DNA of 30,112 bases from Capsulimonadales bacterium (GCA_033762295.1 JANRLW010000010.1:1-30112); one strand, 5' to 3'; positions 1-8,569 are shown, counted from the stretch's first letter. Made by a program: numbers and translations. The notes: generated from the letters alone by a model not told the origin.

Positions 1-258
1 GGCGTGACCGGGGCAGTCAACGTGCGCGTAGTGGCGCTTCTCCGTCTCGTACTCCACGTGCGCCGTGTTGATCGTGATGCCGCGCTCCTTCTCTTCCGGA
101 GCGGCGTCGATGGCGTCGTAGGCCTTGAACTGCGCCTTGCCCTGCTTGGACAGAACGTAGGTGATGGCAGCCGTCAGCGAGGTTTTGCCGTGGTCGACGT
201 GACCGATCGTGCCGATGTTGACGTGAGGCTTGCTGCGCTCAAAACGGGCCTTTGCCAT
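1..258 (-). CDS. tuf: Elongation factor Tu, N-terminal 86 codons (runs off the window edge)
   Basis: Not in the ORF track. Manual translation from ATG at 258 gives [33 protein letters not shown]...[32 protein letters not shown], with the G1 (GHVDHGKT), RGITI and DCPG motifs. SD AGGAG at 266-270. Confidence 0.99.
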   Translation of the reverse strand, partial: MAKARFERSKPHVNIGTIGHVDHGKTSLTAAITYVLSKQGKAQFKAYDAIDAAPEEKERGITINTAHVEYETEKRHYAHVDCPGHA

Positions 259-364
259 AATCAATCTCCTGACCGGCGGCAGCGCTCGCTGCCGCTGGCG
301 GTCCTTCTGTTTGAGCGTTCCACCGCTGGCGGAACGCCGCCCGAAACGGGCACGACGTGAGAAA

Positions 365-394
365 GGCGCAACGCCGTATCAGGTTCGTTGCGCC
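365..394 (-). terminator. Stem-loop just 3' of tRNA-Thr (weak terminator or processing hairpin)
   Basis: 9-bp inverted repeat GGCGCAACG (365-373) / CGTTGCGCC (386-394), followed on the minus strand by TTTCTC. Confidence 0.45.
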
Positions 395-401
395 GCAAGT
401 C

Positions 402-473
402 AGCCCACGATGGGAATCGGACCCATGACCTCTTCTTTACCAAAGAAGTGCTCTGCCACTGAGCTACGTGGGC
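402..473 (-). tRNA. trnT: tRNA-Thr(GGT), CCA not encoded
   Basis: Minus strand reads GCCCACGTAGCTCAGTGGCAGAGCACTTCTTTGGTAAAGAAGAGGTCATGGGTCCGATTCCCATCGTGGGCT. It has a 7-bp acceptor stem, a D arm, anticodon arm CTTCT-TTGGTAA-AGAAG and T arm ATGGG-TCCGATT-CCCAT. The position upstream of tuf is the classic one. Confidence 0.97.
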
Positions 474-537
474 GGAAAGCCGGCGAATTTCCGGCGAGCA
501 AACGGCATTCCACACGGATGGTGAAAGGCCGACACAA

Positions 538-566
538 AGTATACTACGATTTCCCTTCGGTCGCAA
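538..566 (-). promoter_or_regulatory. sigma70-type promoter for tRNA-Thr/tuf
   Basis: TTGCGA (566-561), 17-nt spacer, TATACT (543-538). Confidence 0.7.
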
Positions 567-702
567 GCATATGGAATCCCGCGTAGCCCGGCGGTTCGGA
601 TTTGGGTTCGCCGTTTTCCGATTAACCCCTTGCCATTTTGTCTTCCACAGGGAATATTAAAGTCGAATTCCATTAAGAACCGTACCTCAGTGAGGAGTTC
701 CG

Positions 703-2328
703 ATGAAGCGATTATCCCGACGGCAGGTTGTTTGGTTTGGTTTACTCAATGTACTTTCGGGTGCGTCCGCGTATCCGCAAACGCCCTCGAAACCCGTTCA
801 TGTCCTTACTTTTCATAACGATAATCAGCGCCTGGGATGGAACCGAATGGAAACGTTACTGAAACCCGGTAACGTACGTCCTGCTTCGTTTGGAAAGCTC
901 TGGCAGACGCCTCTCGACGGCTTCGTCAACGGTCAGCCTCTTTACGTTTCCGGTTTGAAAATTAACGAAAAACGTTATAACGTCGTCATCGCCGCCACCG
1001 ACACAAACAGCATCTACGCGCTGGATAGCGAAACAGGAAAGATCCTCTGGGAAAGAAAATCGGTCGTTCCTCCCGTTACCGGTGGGCAATTCAACGGTGC
1101 CTGGAATAGCCGGGAGTTTCATGGCATCCTTTCCACTCCCGTCATCGATCTGCCGAACCACACGCTTTACACATGTCTGCCTCACGCCAGAGGATTGAAA
1201 CAAGTATACGAGTTTTGGGCGATCGACATTCGAAACGGTTCCGTCAAACCGGGATTTCCGGTCGAGGTTAAGGCGCGTGACGGAAAGGCGGTATTCAAGG
1301 CAGGGCAATGTATGCAACGCGGAGCATTGACCCTGGAGGAGGGTTGGGTTTATGCGCCTTTTGGCGGACGTGGCGATGTGCCTCCCTGGAGAGGTTGGAT
1401 CATCGGAATCAATACCCGTCAACCGTCGGCTCCTCAACGCGCCTTCTGTGGGTCGCCCGTCTCCGATGGTGCGGGAATCTGGAGCGGGGGCGGAATTTCG
1501 GTTTCACCGAACGGTGACCTCTTCGCAGTTACGGGAAATGGCGATTATGACTTCGATAAAGGCGGAAACAATCTCGGACAGAGCGTGATTCGATTGCGCA
1601 ACTCTTCCGATAAACTTGCCTTTTCACGAACGAAACGTGATATCTACACGCCGCGTAATTTTCGTTTCCTCGATGAACAGGATGAGGACCTTGGCGGCGC
1701 TACCGCTCTGATCCTTCCCCCACTTCAAAACTCTTCCACCCCCAATCTTCTGTTTACGGGCGGAAAGGATGGTTGCGCTTACCTGCTGAATAGGGATGAT
1801 CTGGGGGGCATCGGTGGCGAACTGCAACGTACACGGCTTTTCAGCCAGGAGGATGCCCCATATCATGAGGGCATTCGCGCCACACCCGCCTATTTCGATT
1901 CCGGAAGTAACGGTCGTTTCCTGTACGTGTCCGGTGACCAGCCCGGCCCGGACAATAACTTAGGTTTGATGGCCGTGCGGTTGACGACCGAAGGTGTCGG
2001 TGGACCCGCACGCTTCCAAAAACAATGGAGCCACAATCGTTACATGGAACGACCGGGGGCCCCGGTCGTTTCGTCAAACGGGCAATGGGACGGAATCGTC
2101 TGGGTGACCGAACTTGGGCCGGACGAGGACGAATCGCAGGGGTCGATACAGGCCTTCGATGCTCTGACCGGCGAAATGATATACCATTCCGACCAGGATA
2201 CGATCCGGGATCGGATCGGCGGAACGCGAAAATTCGTCAGCCCGACCGTGGCCAACGGACGAGTTTTTGTCGGCATTCGGGGGATCGCCTGCTTTGGCAT
2301 CAACGTACCTGAGAAGGGGAACGAATAA
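703..2328 (+). CDS. Secreted PQQ-like beta-propeller repeat protein, probable Tat signal
   Basis: N-terminal SRRQVVWFGLL...ASA signal. VLTFHNDNQRLGWN..ETLLKPGNV...FGKLW..PLDG.V.GQPLYV start, repeated ALDSETGKILW / AFDALTG blades, and C-terminal KFVSPTVANGRVFVG typical of this family. SD GAGGAG. Confidence 0.85.
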   Translation: MKRLSRRQVVWFGLLNVLSGASAYPQTPSKPVHVLTFHNDNQRLGWNRMETLLKPGNVRPASFGKLWQTPLDGFVNGQPLYVSGLKINEKRYNVVIAATDTNSIYALDSETGKILWERKSVVPPVTGGQFNGAWNSREFHGILSTPVIDLPNHTLYTCLPHARGLKQVYEFWAIDIRNGSVKPGFPVEVKARDGKAVFKAGQCMQRGALTLEEGWVYAPFGGRGDVPPWRGWIIGINTRQPSAPQRAFCGSPVSDGAGIWSGGGISVSPNGDLFAVTGNGDYDFDKGGNNLGQSVIRLRNSSDKLAFSRTKRDIYTPRNFRFLDEQDEDLGGATALILPPLQNSSTPNLLFTGGKDGCAYLLNRDDLGGIGGELQRTRLFSQEDAPYHEGIRATPAYFDSGSNGRFLYVSGDQPGPDNNLGLMAVRLTTEGVGGPARFQKQWSHNRYMERPGAPVVSSNGQWDGIVWVTELGPDEDESQGSIQAFDALTGEMIYHSDQDTIRDRIGGTRKFVSPTVANGRVFVGIRGIACFGINVPEKGNE

Positions 2329-3426
2329 ATGATGAGGCTTTTAGCCGGTTTTGCCTCTCTGTTTCTGTTGGCATCTCCGGCCAATACCGAAGATCCTCCG
2401 GAACGGATCCAGGGAACCGTCCTATCGGTACGAGGCAACATACTTCATGTTCGACCGTCGTTACGGCCAAAATTGGCGCGCATATTAGTCAATCCCAAAA
2501 CCGAGATCGTCGGAAATCGCCGAACGGATCGCAACTTTCTCAAACCGGGGATGCGGGTTCGATGCGGTGGGATGGTCAATGAATCGGGTGGAATCAACGT
2601 GTTCTTTGTTGCCGCCGCACGGACTCCTATTGGCGACCTGAAAGCAACGTTCCGGGGTATTGAGAAACAAAACGGCGGTTGGGCGATTGCCGGCGGTACA
2701 CTAAAGTCCATCGAACCGTTTGTTTTCACTGATGACGATGGCAAGGAAATCCGGGCAAACCTTGACCGCGCCCGTTTCTTTTTGGACGTTTTTCCCATGG
2801 AAAAGGCGGGGCTGCTAATCGGTACGCGGCTGATGGCCACGGGCAAATTCGCGCCGGACGGGGTCCTTCAGGCCGACATCATCTCTCCGCAACAGGATCA
2901 ATCGGCTGCCGGTTCGATGTACGGTGAAATCGTTCGGGTGGAGGGACGACGAATTCAGGTCCGCCCCCGGTATACTCAGGATACCATTACCGTCGTCCGA
3001 AAGGCGGATTGCATCCTTCAAAAGGAGGTTCGTCTCGACCCGGACGGCTTCAAAGTGGGCGATCCGGTCACATTCTGGGGACATTATGTCCGAAGACCGG
3101 GTTCGGAACGACCGTTGCTCGGAGCCCTGGCCTTGCTCGTTGGAAACGGACGCTATCCGACCTCCTCCGATCCGGAGTCGGCAGGCGTCTTCCTCTCCGG
3201 TCGTCTTTCGTCACTGGAACCGGTCGTCCTTTTGTCACCGTCCGGGCAAAAAACGGAAATCATCGTGCCCGCACAGATTGCAATCGCCCGGCTGGACCGG
3301 GTTTCCGAGGCTGAACTTACCGTCGGTACGCCTGTAATGATGGTTCTTTCGTCAGGTAAGGACGATACCTTCGAGGCATCACACATAATTGTTGACGCGT
3401 CGCCATGGGTCGGCTATGGTGGCTAA
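2329..3426 (+). CDS. Secreted protein with four OB-fold-like (DUF5666-like) repeats
   Basis: Signal peptide. Repeats GTVLSVRGNILHVRP / GEIVRVEGRRIQVRP and GGTLKSIEP / SGRLSSLEP, each ending in an LKPGMRV / LLIGTRL / FKVGDPV / LTVGTPV motif. Directly abuts the upstream stop codon. Confidence 0.65.
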   Translation: MMRLLAGFASLFLLASPANTEDPPERIQGTVLSVRGNILHVRPSLRPKLARILVNPKTEIVGNRRTDRNFLKPGMRVRCGGMVNESGGINVFFVAAARTPIGDLKATFRGIEKQNGGWAIAGGTLKSIEPFVFTDDDGKEIRANLDRARFFLDVFPMEKAGLLIGTRLMATGKFAPDGVLQADIISPQQDQSAAGSMYGEIVRVEGRRIQVRPRYTQDTITVVRKADCILQKEVRLDPDGFKVGDPVTFWGHYVRRPGSERPLLGALALLVGNGRYPTSSDPESAGVFLSGRLSSLEPVVLLSPSGQKTEIIVPAQIAIARLDRVSEAELTVGTPVMMVLSSGKDDTFEASHIIVDASPWVGYGG

Positions 3427-3488
3427 GTAACAAAACAGTCCGTTTTCGCGACGGTTAGGTTATCCGAATCCGGAAAGGCAAGTCTCCG

Positions 3489-4232
3489 ATGGTATCCGAA
3501 CGATCCGCCAGAGCGGCATTCACTCTGATCGAACTACTCGTCGTCATTGCCATAATCGCCCTTCTGGCGGCAATCCTCTTTCCCGTATTTGCTCAGGCAA
3601 GGGAAAAAGGCCGTCAGGCAACCTGTCAAAGTAATCTTCGGCAGATTGGCCTTGCGATCCTTATGTATAAAGCCGATTACGATGAAAGGTACGTTCCGAA
3701 ATACAATTGCTTGATCTGGGATACGAATTATCCTGACCATTGCGCCTCGCCGGTTCGGATCGGAGAAACGATTTCTCCTCCCATGACCGAGTGGCTTCCA
3801 CCCGCAGCCGCTCCGCCTGACACCGATTACCTTCTCCGCCCCTATATCAAAAACGACGATGTCCGTCGTTGCCCATCCAGATACCAGGGACCGCCTCTTA
3901 GTCCCGGTGAGCAACCGGCACAAGGCCGATATACAATCACCGGATGGGATTCGTTTTTTGGCGATGGGAGGCCGGAAACGGGTCCCCAGGGTCAGCCAGA
4001 CAGTGCCGTTCCTCGTCCGGCAGAAACCCTGATCGTCTGGGAACATATCAATAACGCGAGCGAATGTCAGATCGGGCAACAGGGAAGTTCAGGAACCCAA
4101 CTTACCCCGGCAGAAAAACACTGGGAAACCAATCATTCGGGTGGTCTCAATGCACTCTGGTGCGATGGGCATGTCAAATGGCTTCGGGTGTCACAATTCC
4201 GTCGTTCGTGGTTCACAATTCAAGAAGATTGA
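3489..4232 (+). CDS. Prepilin-type N-terminal cleavage/methylation domain protein (DUF1559 family, H-X9-DG motif)
   Basis: [53 protein letters not shown] at the N-terminus; C-terminal [15 protein letters not shown]. Confidence 0.93.
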   Translation: MVSERSARAAFTLIELLVVIAIIALLAAILFPVFAQAREKGRQATCQSNLRQIGLAILMYKADYDERYVPKYNCLIWDTNYPDHCASPVRIGETISPPMTEWLPPAAAPPDTDYLLRPYIKNDDVRRCPSRYQGPPLSPGEQPAQGRYTITGWDSFFGDGRPETGPQGQPDSAVPRPAETLIVWEHINNASECQIGQQGSSGTQLTPAEKHWETNHSGGLNALWCDGHVKWLRVSQFRRSWFTIQED

Positions 4233-4243
4233 ACCACACACTC

Positions 4244-5170
4244 GTGAAGCCGTCGGAACCCGCCGTCGAAACCGTCGGCCTCTCGAAAGTTTATGGCCGC
4301 AATGCGGTTCCTGCCGTAAATCATCTCGATCTGGATGTTCCGTTCGGTTCCATCTTCGGGCTGATCGGCCCCAATGGTGCAGGAAAAACGACGACGATCG
4401 GTATGCTTCTCGGACTGGTACGCCCCAGTTCGGGAAGCGGAAAAGTGCTGGGACGTCCGCTCGGGGACAGAAGTGCGCGACGGCAAATCGGTTACCTTCC
4501 CGAGCGTCTCCGCCTACCTGAATATCTCACCGCCACGGAGTTTCTCGATTTCTACGGACGTCTTTACGGGATTTCCGTAAAGGACCGTCAGGCGAGAAGT
4601 CAACGCCTCCTGGGTCAGGTCGGCCTTGCTAAGGTCGCGCATCGGCAAATCCGAACCTTTTCGTTGGGAATGCAGCAGCGTCTCGGTATCGCCCAAGCAC
4701 TGCTTCCGGAACCCGACTTGCTTGTGCTGGACGAACCGACGTCGGCCCTCGACCCGGGTGGACGACAAATGGTTCGGGACCTTCTTCTCGAACTCAGGGA
4801 ATGCGGTATCACTGCTCTTTACAACTCTCACATCCTTTCCGAAGTCCTGGAAGTATGTGATCGGTTTGCCATCCTTCGTAACGGCACCCTCGTTACGCAG
4901 GGGACCCTGGACGAAATCATCCAGCGTGGCGAACAGGTTTTAATCCGCTTTCGTTTGATGGAACCGACATATATTGCGATTTGCGAGCGGTTCGGACCTA
5001 CGAATCCGAATTTGCAACGCTCCGAATTAACCGTCACACTGGAAGCGGAAACCGATATTCCCCTGGTCGTCTCCGCGTTGGTAGCGCATAATGCCGCCCT
5101 TCAGGCCGTCATCCCTCTCCGTGAACGTCCGGAGGACGCCCTGATGCGTCTATTGAACCCTCATCATTGA
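4244..5170 (+). CDS. ABC transporter ATP-binding protein (DrrA/PilH-like); start GTG 4244 or TTG 4229
   Basis: Walker A GPNGAGKTT, signature FSLGMQQR, Walker B LLVLDEPT, H-loop NSH. The ORF-track start at 4064 overlaps the upstream gene and is rejected. Confidence 0.92.
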   Translation: MKPSEPAVETVGLSKVYGRNAVPAVNHLDLDVPFGSIFGLIGPNGAGKTTTIGMLLGLVRPSSGSGKVLGRPLGDRSARRQIGYLPERLRLPEYLTATEFLDFYGRLYGISVKDRQARSQRLLGQVGLAKVAHRQIRTFSLGMQQRLGIAQALLPEPDLLVLDEPTSALDPGGRQMVRDLLLELRECGITALYNSHILSEVLEVCDRFAILRNGTLVTQGTLDEIIQRGEQVLIRFRLMEPTYIAICERFGPTNPNLQRSELTVTLEAETDIPLVVSALVAHNAALQAVIPLRERPEDALMRLLNPHH

Positions 5171-5172
5171 CG

Positions 5173-5200
5173 GGAACTTTGTATTCGAAAAGTTGTCGTT
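5173..5200 (+). promoter_or_regulatory. Possible ECF-sigma-type promoter upstream of map
   Basis: GGAACTT, 16 nt, TCGTT. Resembles the RpoE-type GAACTT-N16-TCnnA but lacks the final A. Confidence 0.25.
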
Positions 5201-5251
5201 GATGGAATGACGTTTCCGGCGTTTTCCCGTATGCCGGAACCGGTCCTTACC

Positions 5252-6112
5252 ATGAATACCATAACCCGCTACCGCCTAAAAACGCCCGGAGAGATCGACG
5301 CGATGCGTCAGGCAGGCATCGCTGTTGCGACTGCATTGCGCACCATGCGTGATGCGATTGTCGCCGGAGAAACGACCACCCTGTTCCTCGATGAAATTGC
5401 TGGCGAGGTATTAAAACAATTTAATGCCAAACCGGCCCTTCGAGGGTACAAACCGTCCTTTAGCAACGTACCCTATCTGCATAACACGTGTATATCCCTT
5501 AATCATGAAGTTATTCACGGGGTTCCGAGCGCGTCGCGAATTATCCGTGAAGGGGACCTGATCAGCCTCGATATGACGGGTTCGGTGGATGGGTGGTGTG
5601 CCGATTCCACCATCACTGTCCCGGTCGGCGTCACCTCGGAGAAGGCACGCCGCCTTTCGCAAATCACGCGCGAGGCGATGTATAAGGGGATCGAACAGGC
5701 GAGAATCGGTCGGACTATCGGCGACATCGGCTATGCCATCCAACGGCATGTCGAACGAAACGGAATGAGTGTCGTACGTGACATGGTCGGTCACGGAATT
5801 GGCGAAGCCCCGCATGAACCGGGGTTGGACGTACCGAACTTTGGCCGTCCCCGGCGTGGTATTCCATTACAGGTCGGAATGACTTTCGCCATCGAACCGA
5901 TGGTTACACTTGGTAAAGGCGACGTCGAGCATGCCTCGTTCGATCCATGGACCATTGTTAGCAAGGATGGTTCTCTGGCGGCCCACTGGGAACATACAAT
6001 CGCAGTAACCAGAGAGGGACCGGTTATTCTTACCTCTCCAATAAAGGAAGAACGCGACACACGGGCTGGGGTATCGATCGAGGAGGATACGAATGTTTCC
6101 GGCACGCATTGA
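5252..6112 (+). CDS. map: Methionine aminopeptidase type I (M24A)
   Basis: LKTPGEIDAMRQAG, CISLNHEVIHGVP, and metal ligands in ISLD, ADS, GHGIG..PHE, IEPM and AHWEHT. Start placed at ATG 5252; ATGs at 5207 and 5231 are alternatives. Confidence 0.93.
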   Translation: MNTITRYRLKTPGEIDAMRQAGIAVATALRTMRDAIVAGETTTLFLDEIAGEVLKQFNAKPALRGYKPSFSNVPYLHNTCISLNHEVIHGVPSASRIIREGDLISLDMTGSVDGWCADSTITVPVGVTSEKARRLSQITREAMYKGIEQARIGRTIGDIGYAIQRHVERNGMSVVRDMVGHGIGEAPHEPGLDVPNFGRPRRGIPLQVGMTFAIEPMVTLGKGDVEHASFDPWTIVSKDGSLAAHWEHTIAVTREGPVILTSPIKEERDTRAGVSIEEDTNVSGTH

Positions 6113-7205
6113 AAAGGTTCAGGAAGAACTGCGGAACCGGGGATGGGCGGCGGTTGCGATTATGCCTGGCGCCAACCTGCGGTACCTCACCGGGCTGTCG
6201 TTTTATGCCTCGAAACGGCTGACATTTGCTGTCGTTCCCGTAGAAGGCGAAATCGCCACTCTCCTGCCGGAAATGGAACGGGCCCGCGCAGAGAACGAGC
6301 AGCGAATTCCTTTACGATACTACCCGTACGCGCACGACGAAACCCCGGACAGAGCATTACGTTCCCTGGTGGAAGATTATTCTCTGGAACGTGCTCCCAT
6401 CGCCGTCGAACCGTACGCGTTTCGGATGTTCGAAGCCTGGACCTTCGAAAAAGCCATCGGTTCAAATCGGTTTGAAGATGCCGATCGCATCCTGACCCCT
6501 CTCCGCGCCAGAAAAGACTCCGATGAGATTGCGGCGATGCGTACGGCGGTAAAAATGATCGAATACTCGCTATCCGAAACGATCCGCTTTATCCGGCCGG
6601 GTCAAACCGAACGAGAAATCGCCGCTTTCTGGTTGCAATCTCTTCTGGATCAGGGCAGCGAAGGCCCCTCATTCCCATTGACGGTAGGTTCCGGCCCCAA
6701 TGGCTCCTTTCCGCATCATGAAAACAGCGATCGCCGGATCGCCAACGGGGACCTGATCGTTCTGGACGGCGGAGCGCTTTTTCAAGGGTATGCGTCCGAC
6801 ATTACTCGCACCGTCGCCGTCGGGGAACCGACATCGGAAATGCGTGAGGTCTACTCCCTGGTTCAACGAGCGAACGCTGCCGGTCGGGCGCGCGCAACCG
6901 TCGGAGCGACCGGACACGAAATCGACACGGCGGCGAGAACCGTCATCGACAGCGGCGGCTATGGTCCGCAGTTCCTGCATCGCACCGGGCATGGCCTTGG
7001 CCTGGAAATCCATGAACCGCCGTTTATTGCGGTAAACGAAACCATGCCCCTGTCCGTAGGAGCCACTTTTACAATCGAACCGGGGATTTATATCAAGGGC
7101 CGTTTCGGCGTCAGGATCGAGGATATGGTTACTCTGACAGGAGACGGAGCCGAAACTCTGACGACCCTCGACCGCGAACTGCTGGTTATCAAAACCGATC
7201 AATAA
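6093..7205 (+). CDS. Xaa-Pro peptidase family protein (M24B, creatinase N-domain plus peptidase domain)
   Basis: NLRYLTG, R..KDSDEI, SFP..VGSGPN...PHH, LDGG...GYASDITRT, HRTGHGLGLEIHE, TIEPGIY, GVRIED. SD GAGGAGG. Overlaps map by 20 nt. Confidence 0.95.
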   Translation: MFPARIEKVQEELRNRGWAAVAIMPGANLRYLTGLSFYASKRLTFAVVPVEGEIATLLPEMERARAENEQRIPLRYYPYAHDETPDRALRSLVEDYSLERAPIAVEPYAFRMFEAWTFEKAIGSNRFEDADRILTPLRARKDSDEIAAMRTAVKMIEYSLSETIRFIRPGQTEREIAAFWLQSLLDQGSEGPSFPLTVGSGPNGSFPHHENSDRRIANGDLIVLDGGALFQGYASDITRTVAVGEPTSEMREVYSLVQRANAAGRARATVGATGHEIDTAARTVIDSGGYGPQFLHRTGHGLGLEIHEPPFIAVNETMPLSVGATFTIEPGIYIKGRFGVRIEDMVTLTGDGAETLTTLDRELLVIKTDQ

Positions 7206-7978
7206 CGGGTTTCGCTCTGCAGAATTGCCAGCACTTCAGAATGTAAAACGCCGTTCGTGCCGATGCCGTCCGGATTCCATATGGTCGGTATTCCATGCCA
7301 ATCCGTAAATTGACCACCCGCCTCCCGCAAAATAGGGATCATCGGACCGACGTCCCAGGCGGACAACGCCGGGTCCAGCATGATTTCGGCGCGTCCTGTC
7401 GCCACTAGCGCATACCCGAAGGCATCGCCCCAGGTGCGCTGTTGGCGGGTAACCTTCGTTAACTTCGCAAAGGCGTCGGAGCGTTCCTGGCAACGAACGA
7501 TCGAGGAAGTAACAACCAGGGCATCGGCGAGGCGGTCCACGGACGATACGCGGCAAGGGCGACCGTTCCAGGTACAGCCCAGACCGTCCGCCGCCGCAAC
7601 CATATCGTCGAGCGCAGGCAAGTAGATCACCCCTGCGGACGGCAAGCCCTTCACCTCACACCCGATCAGGACTCCGTAAAGAGGAACACCGGCAACGAAC
7701 GCCTTGGTACCGTCGATCGGATCGATGATCCACCGGTAGTCCGCATCACCCACCGTCTCCCCCTCTTCCTCACCGACGATGGCATGTGTGGGAAAATATT
7801 GCGCGATCTTTTCCCGAATCAGGCGTTCCGCCTCACGATCCGCAATCGTCACCGGGGTCGAATCGGACTTTCGATCCACGGTGACGCCCGTATTAAAGTA
7901 AGCCAGTGTCCGTTTCCCGGCCACAAATGCCGCTTCGATCGCCACATCCAGAATGTCCCGTAACGTCGGGGTTGCCAT
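7199..7978 (-). CDS. hisN: Inositol monophosphatase family protein, HisN-like histidinol-phosphatase
   Basis: KSDSTPVTIADREAE, GEE, WIIDPIDGTKAFVAGVPLYG.LI, WGDAFGYALVATG, WDVGP. The substrate assignment is inferred from subfamily motifs. Confidence 0.75.
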   Translation of the reverse strand: MATPTLRDILDVAIEAAFVAGKRTLAYFNTGVTVDRKSDSTPVTIADREAERLIREKIAQYFPTHAIVGEEEGETVGDADYRWIIDPIDGTKAFVAGVPLYGVLIGCEVKGLPSAGVIYLPALDDMVAAADGLGCTWNGRPCRVSSVDRLADALVVTSSIVRCQERSDAFAKLTKVTRQQRTWGDAFGYALVATGRAEIMLDPALSAWDVGPMIPILREAGGQFTDWHGIPTIWNPDGIGTNGVLHSEVLAILQSETRY

Positions 7979-8002
7979 CGTTTCCGCCTTGTCCTCCGCC
8001 GG

Positions 8003-8212
8003 TTATTCCGACCGTTCCTTCATGACAAACCGTTCCCACCATCGGCGGGACGGATTCTCAACAAAATCGCCGCTTTGGGGCTTGTCCGCTTCCACAAAAC
8101 GCTGTGCCAGGCGGCCGCCCGGTACGATTCTCGCGCCGGTTTCCACGGCATCTTTGCTCGCTTTCCGCAAAAACTCACGGCGCGTCACCTGCTTTTCGTT
8201 ATCCGTTGCCAT
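8003..8212 (-). CDS. Small hypothetical protein (69 aa) with a twin-arginine-like motif
   Basis: Strong SD AAAGGAG 7 nt before ATG. Fills the gap between the HIT and HisN genes. Contains TRREFLRK. Confidence 0.65.
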   Translation of the reverse strand: MATDNEKQVTRREFLRKASKDAVETGARIVPGGRLAQRFVEADKPQSGDFVENPSRRWWERFVMKERSE

Positions 8213-8224
8213 CGTTTTCTCCTT

Positions 8225-8569
8225 TCAACCCGGAGGCCACCCCATCGATCGTCCACCCAGAACGTGTGCATGCAAATAAGGAACGGATTGTCCTGCGTCC
8301 TCACCCGCATTCAAAATGACGCGGCATCCCGACTCCTGCAAGTTCAATTGTCGGGCCACCTCCGCACAACCGAGAAGAATCGCTCCCGCCAGTTCACGAT
8401 CCTCTTCGGAAAGGTCCAGAATGTTTCTTACCGGTTTCTTCGGAATTACCAGAACGTGAACCGGCGCCTGAGGCGCAATGTCGCGAAAGGCGATGACGAA
8501 TTCATCCTCATACACCGCTTCGACATCGATATCCTTCCGGGCAATCCTGGCGAAAATACTATCGATCAT
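8225..8569 (-). CDS. Histidine triad (HIT) nucleotide-binding protein
   Basis: MIDSIFARI...VYEDEFVIAFRDIAPQAPVHVLVIPK...GQSVPYLHAHVLGGRSMGWPPG. Start ATG 8569 with SD GGAGG; the ORF-track start at 8728 is too long. Confidence 0.95.
   Translation of the reverse strand: MIDSIFARIARKDIDVEAVYEDEFVIAFRDIAPQAPVHVLVIPKKPVRNILDLSEEDRELAGAILLGCAEVARQLNLQESGCRVILNAGEDAGQSVPYLHAHVLGGRSMGWPPG

Noticed and set aside
4..360. 118-aa + strand ORF
   Set aside because: Antisense shadow of tuf; the real gene is on the minus strand.
402..5170. tRNA-anchored genomic island
   Set aside because: No integrase, no duplicated tRNA 3' end, and the block lies on the 5' side of the tRNA.
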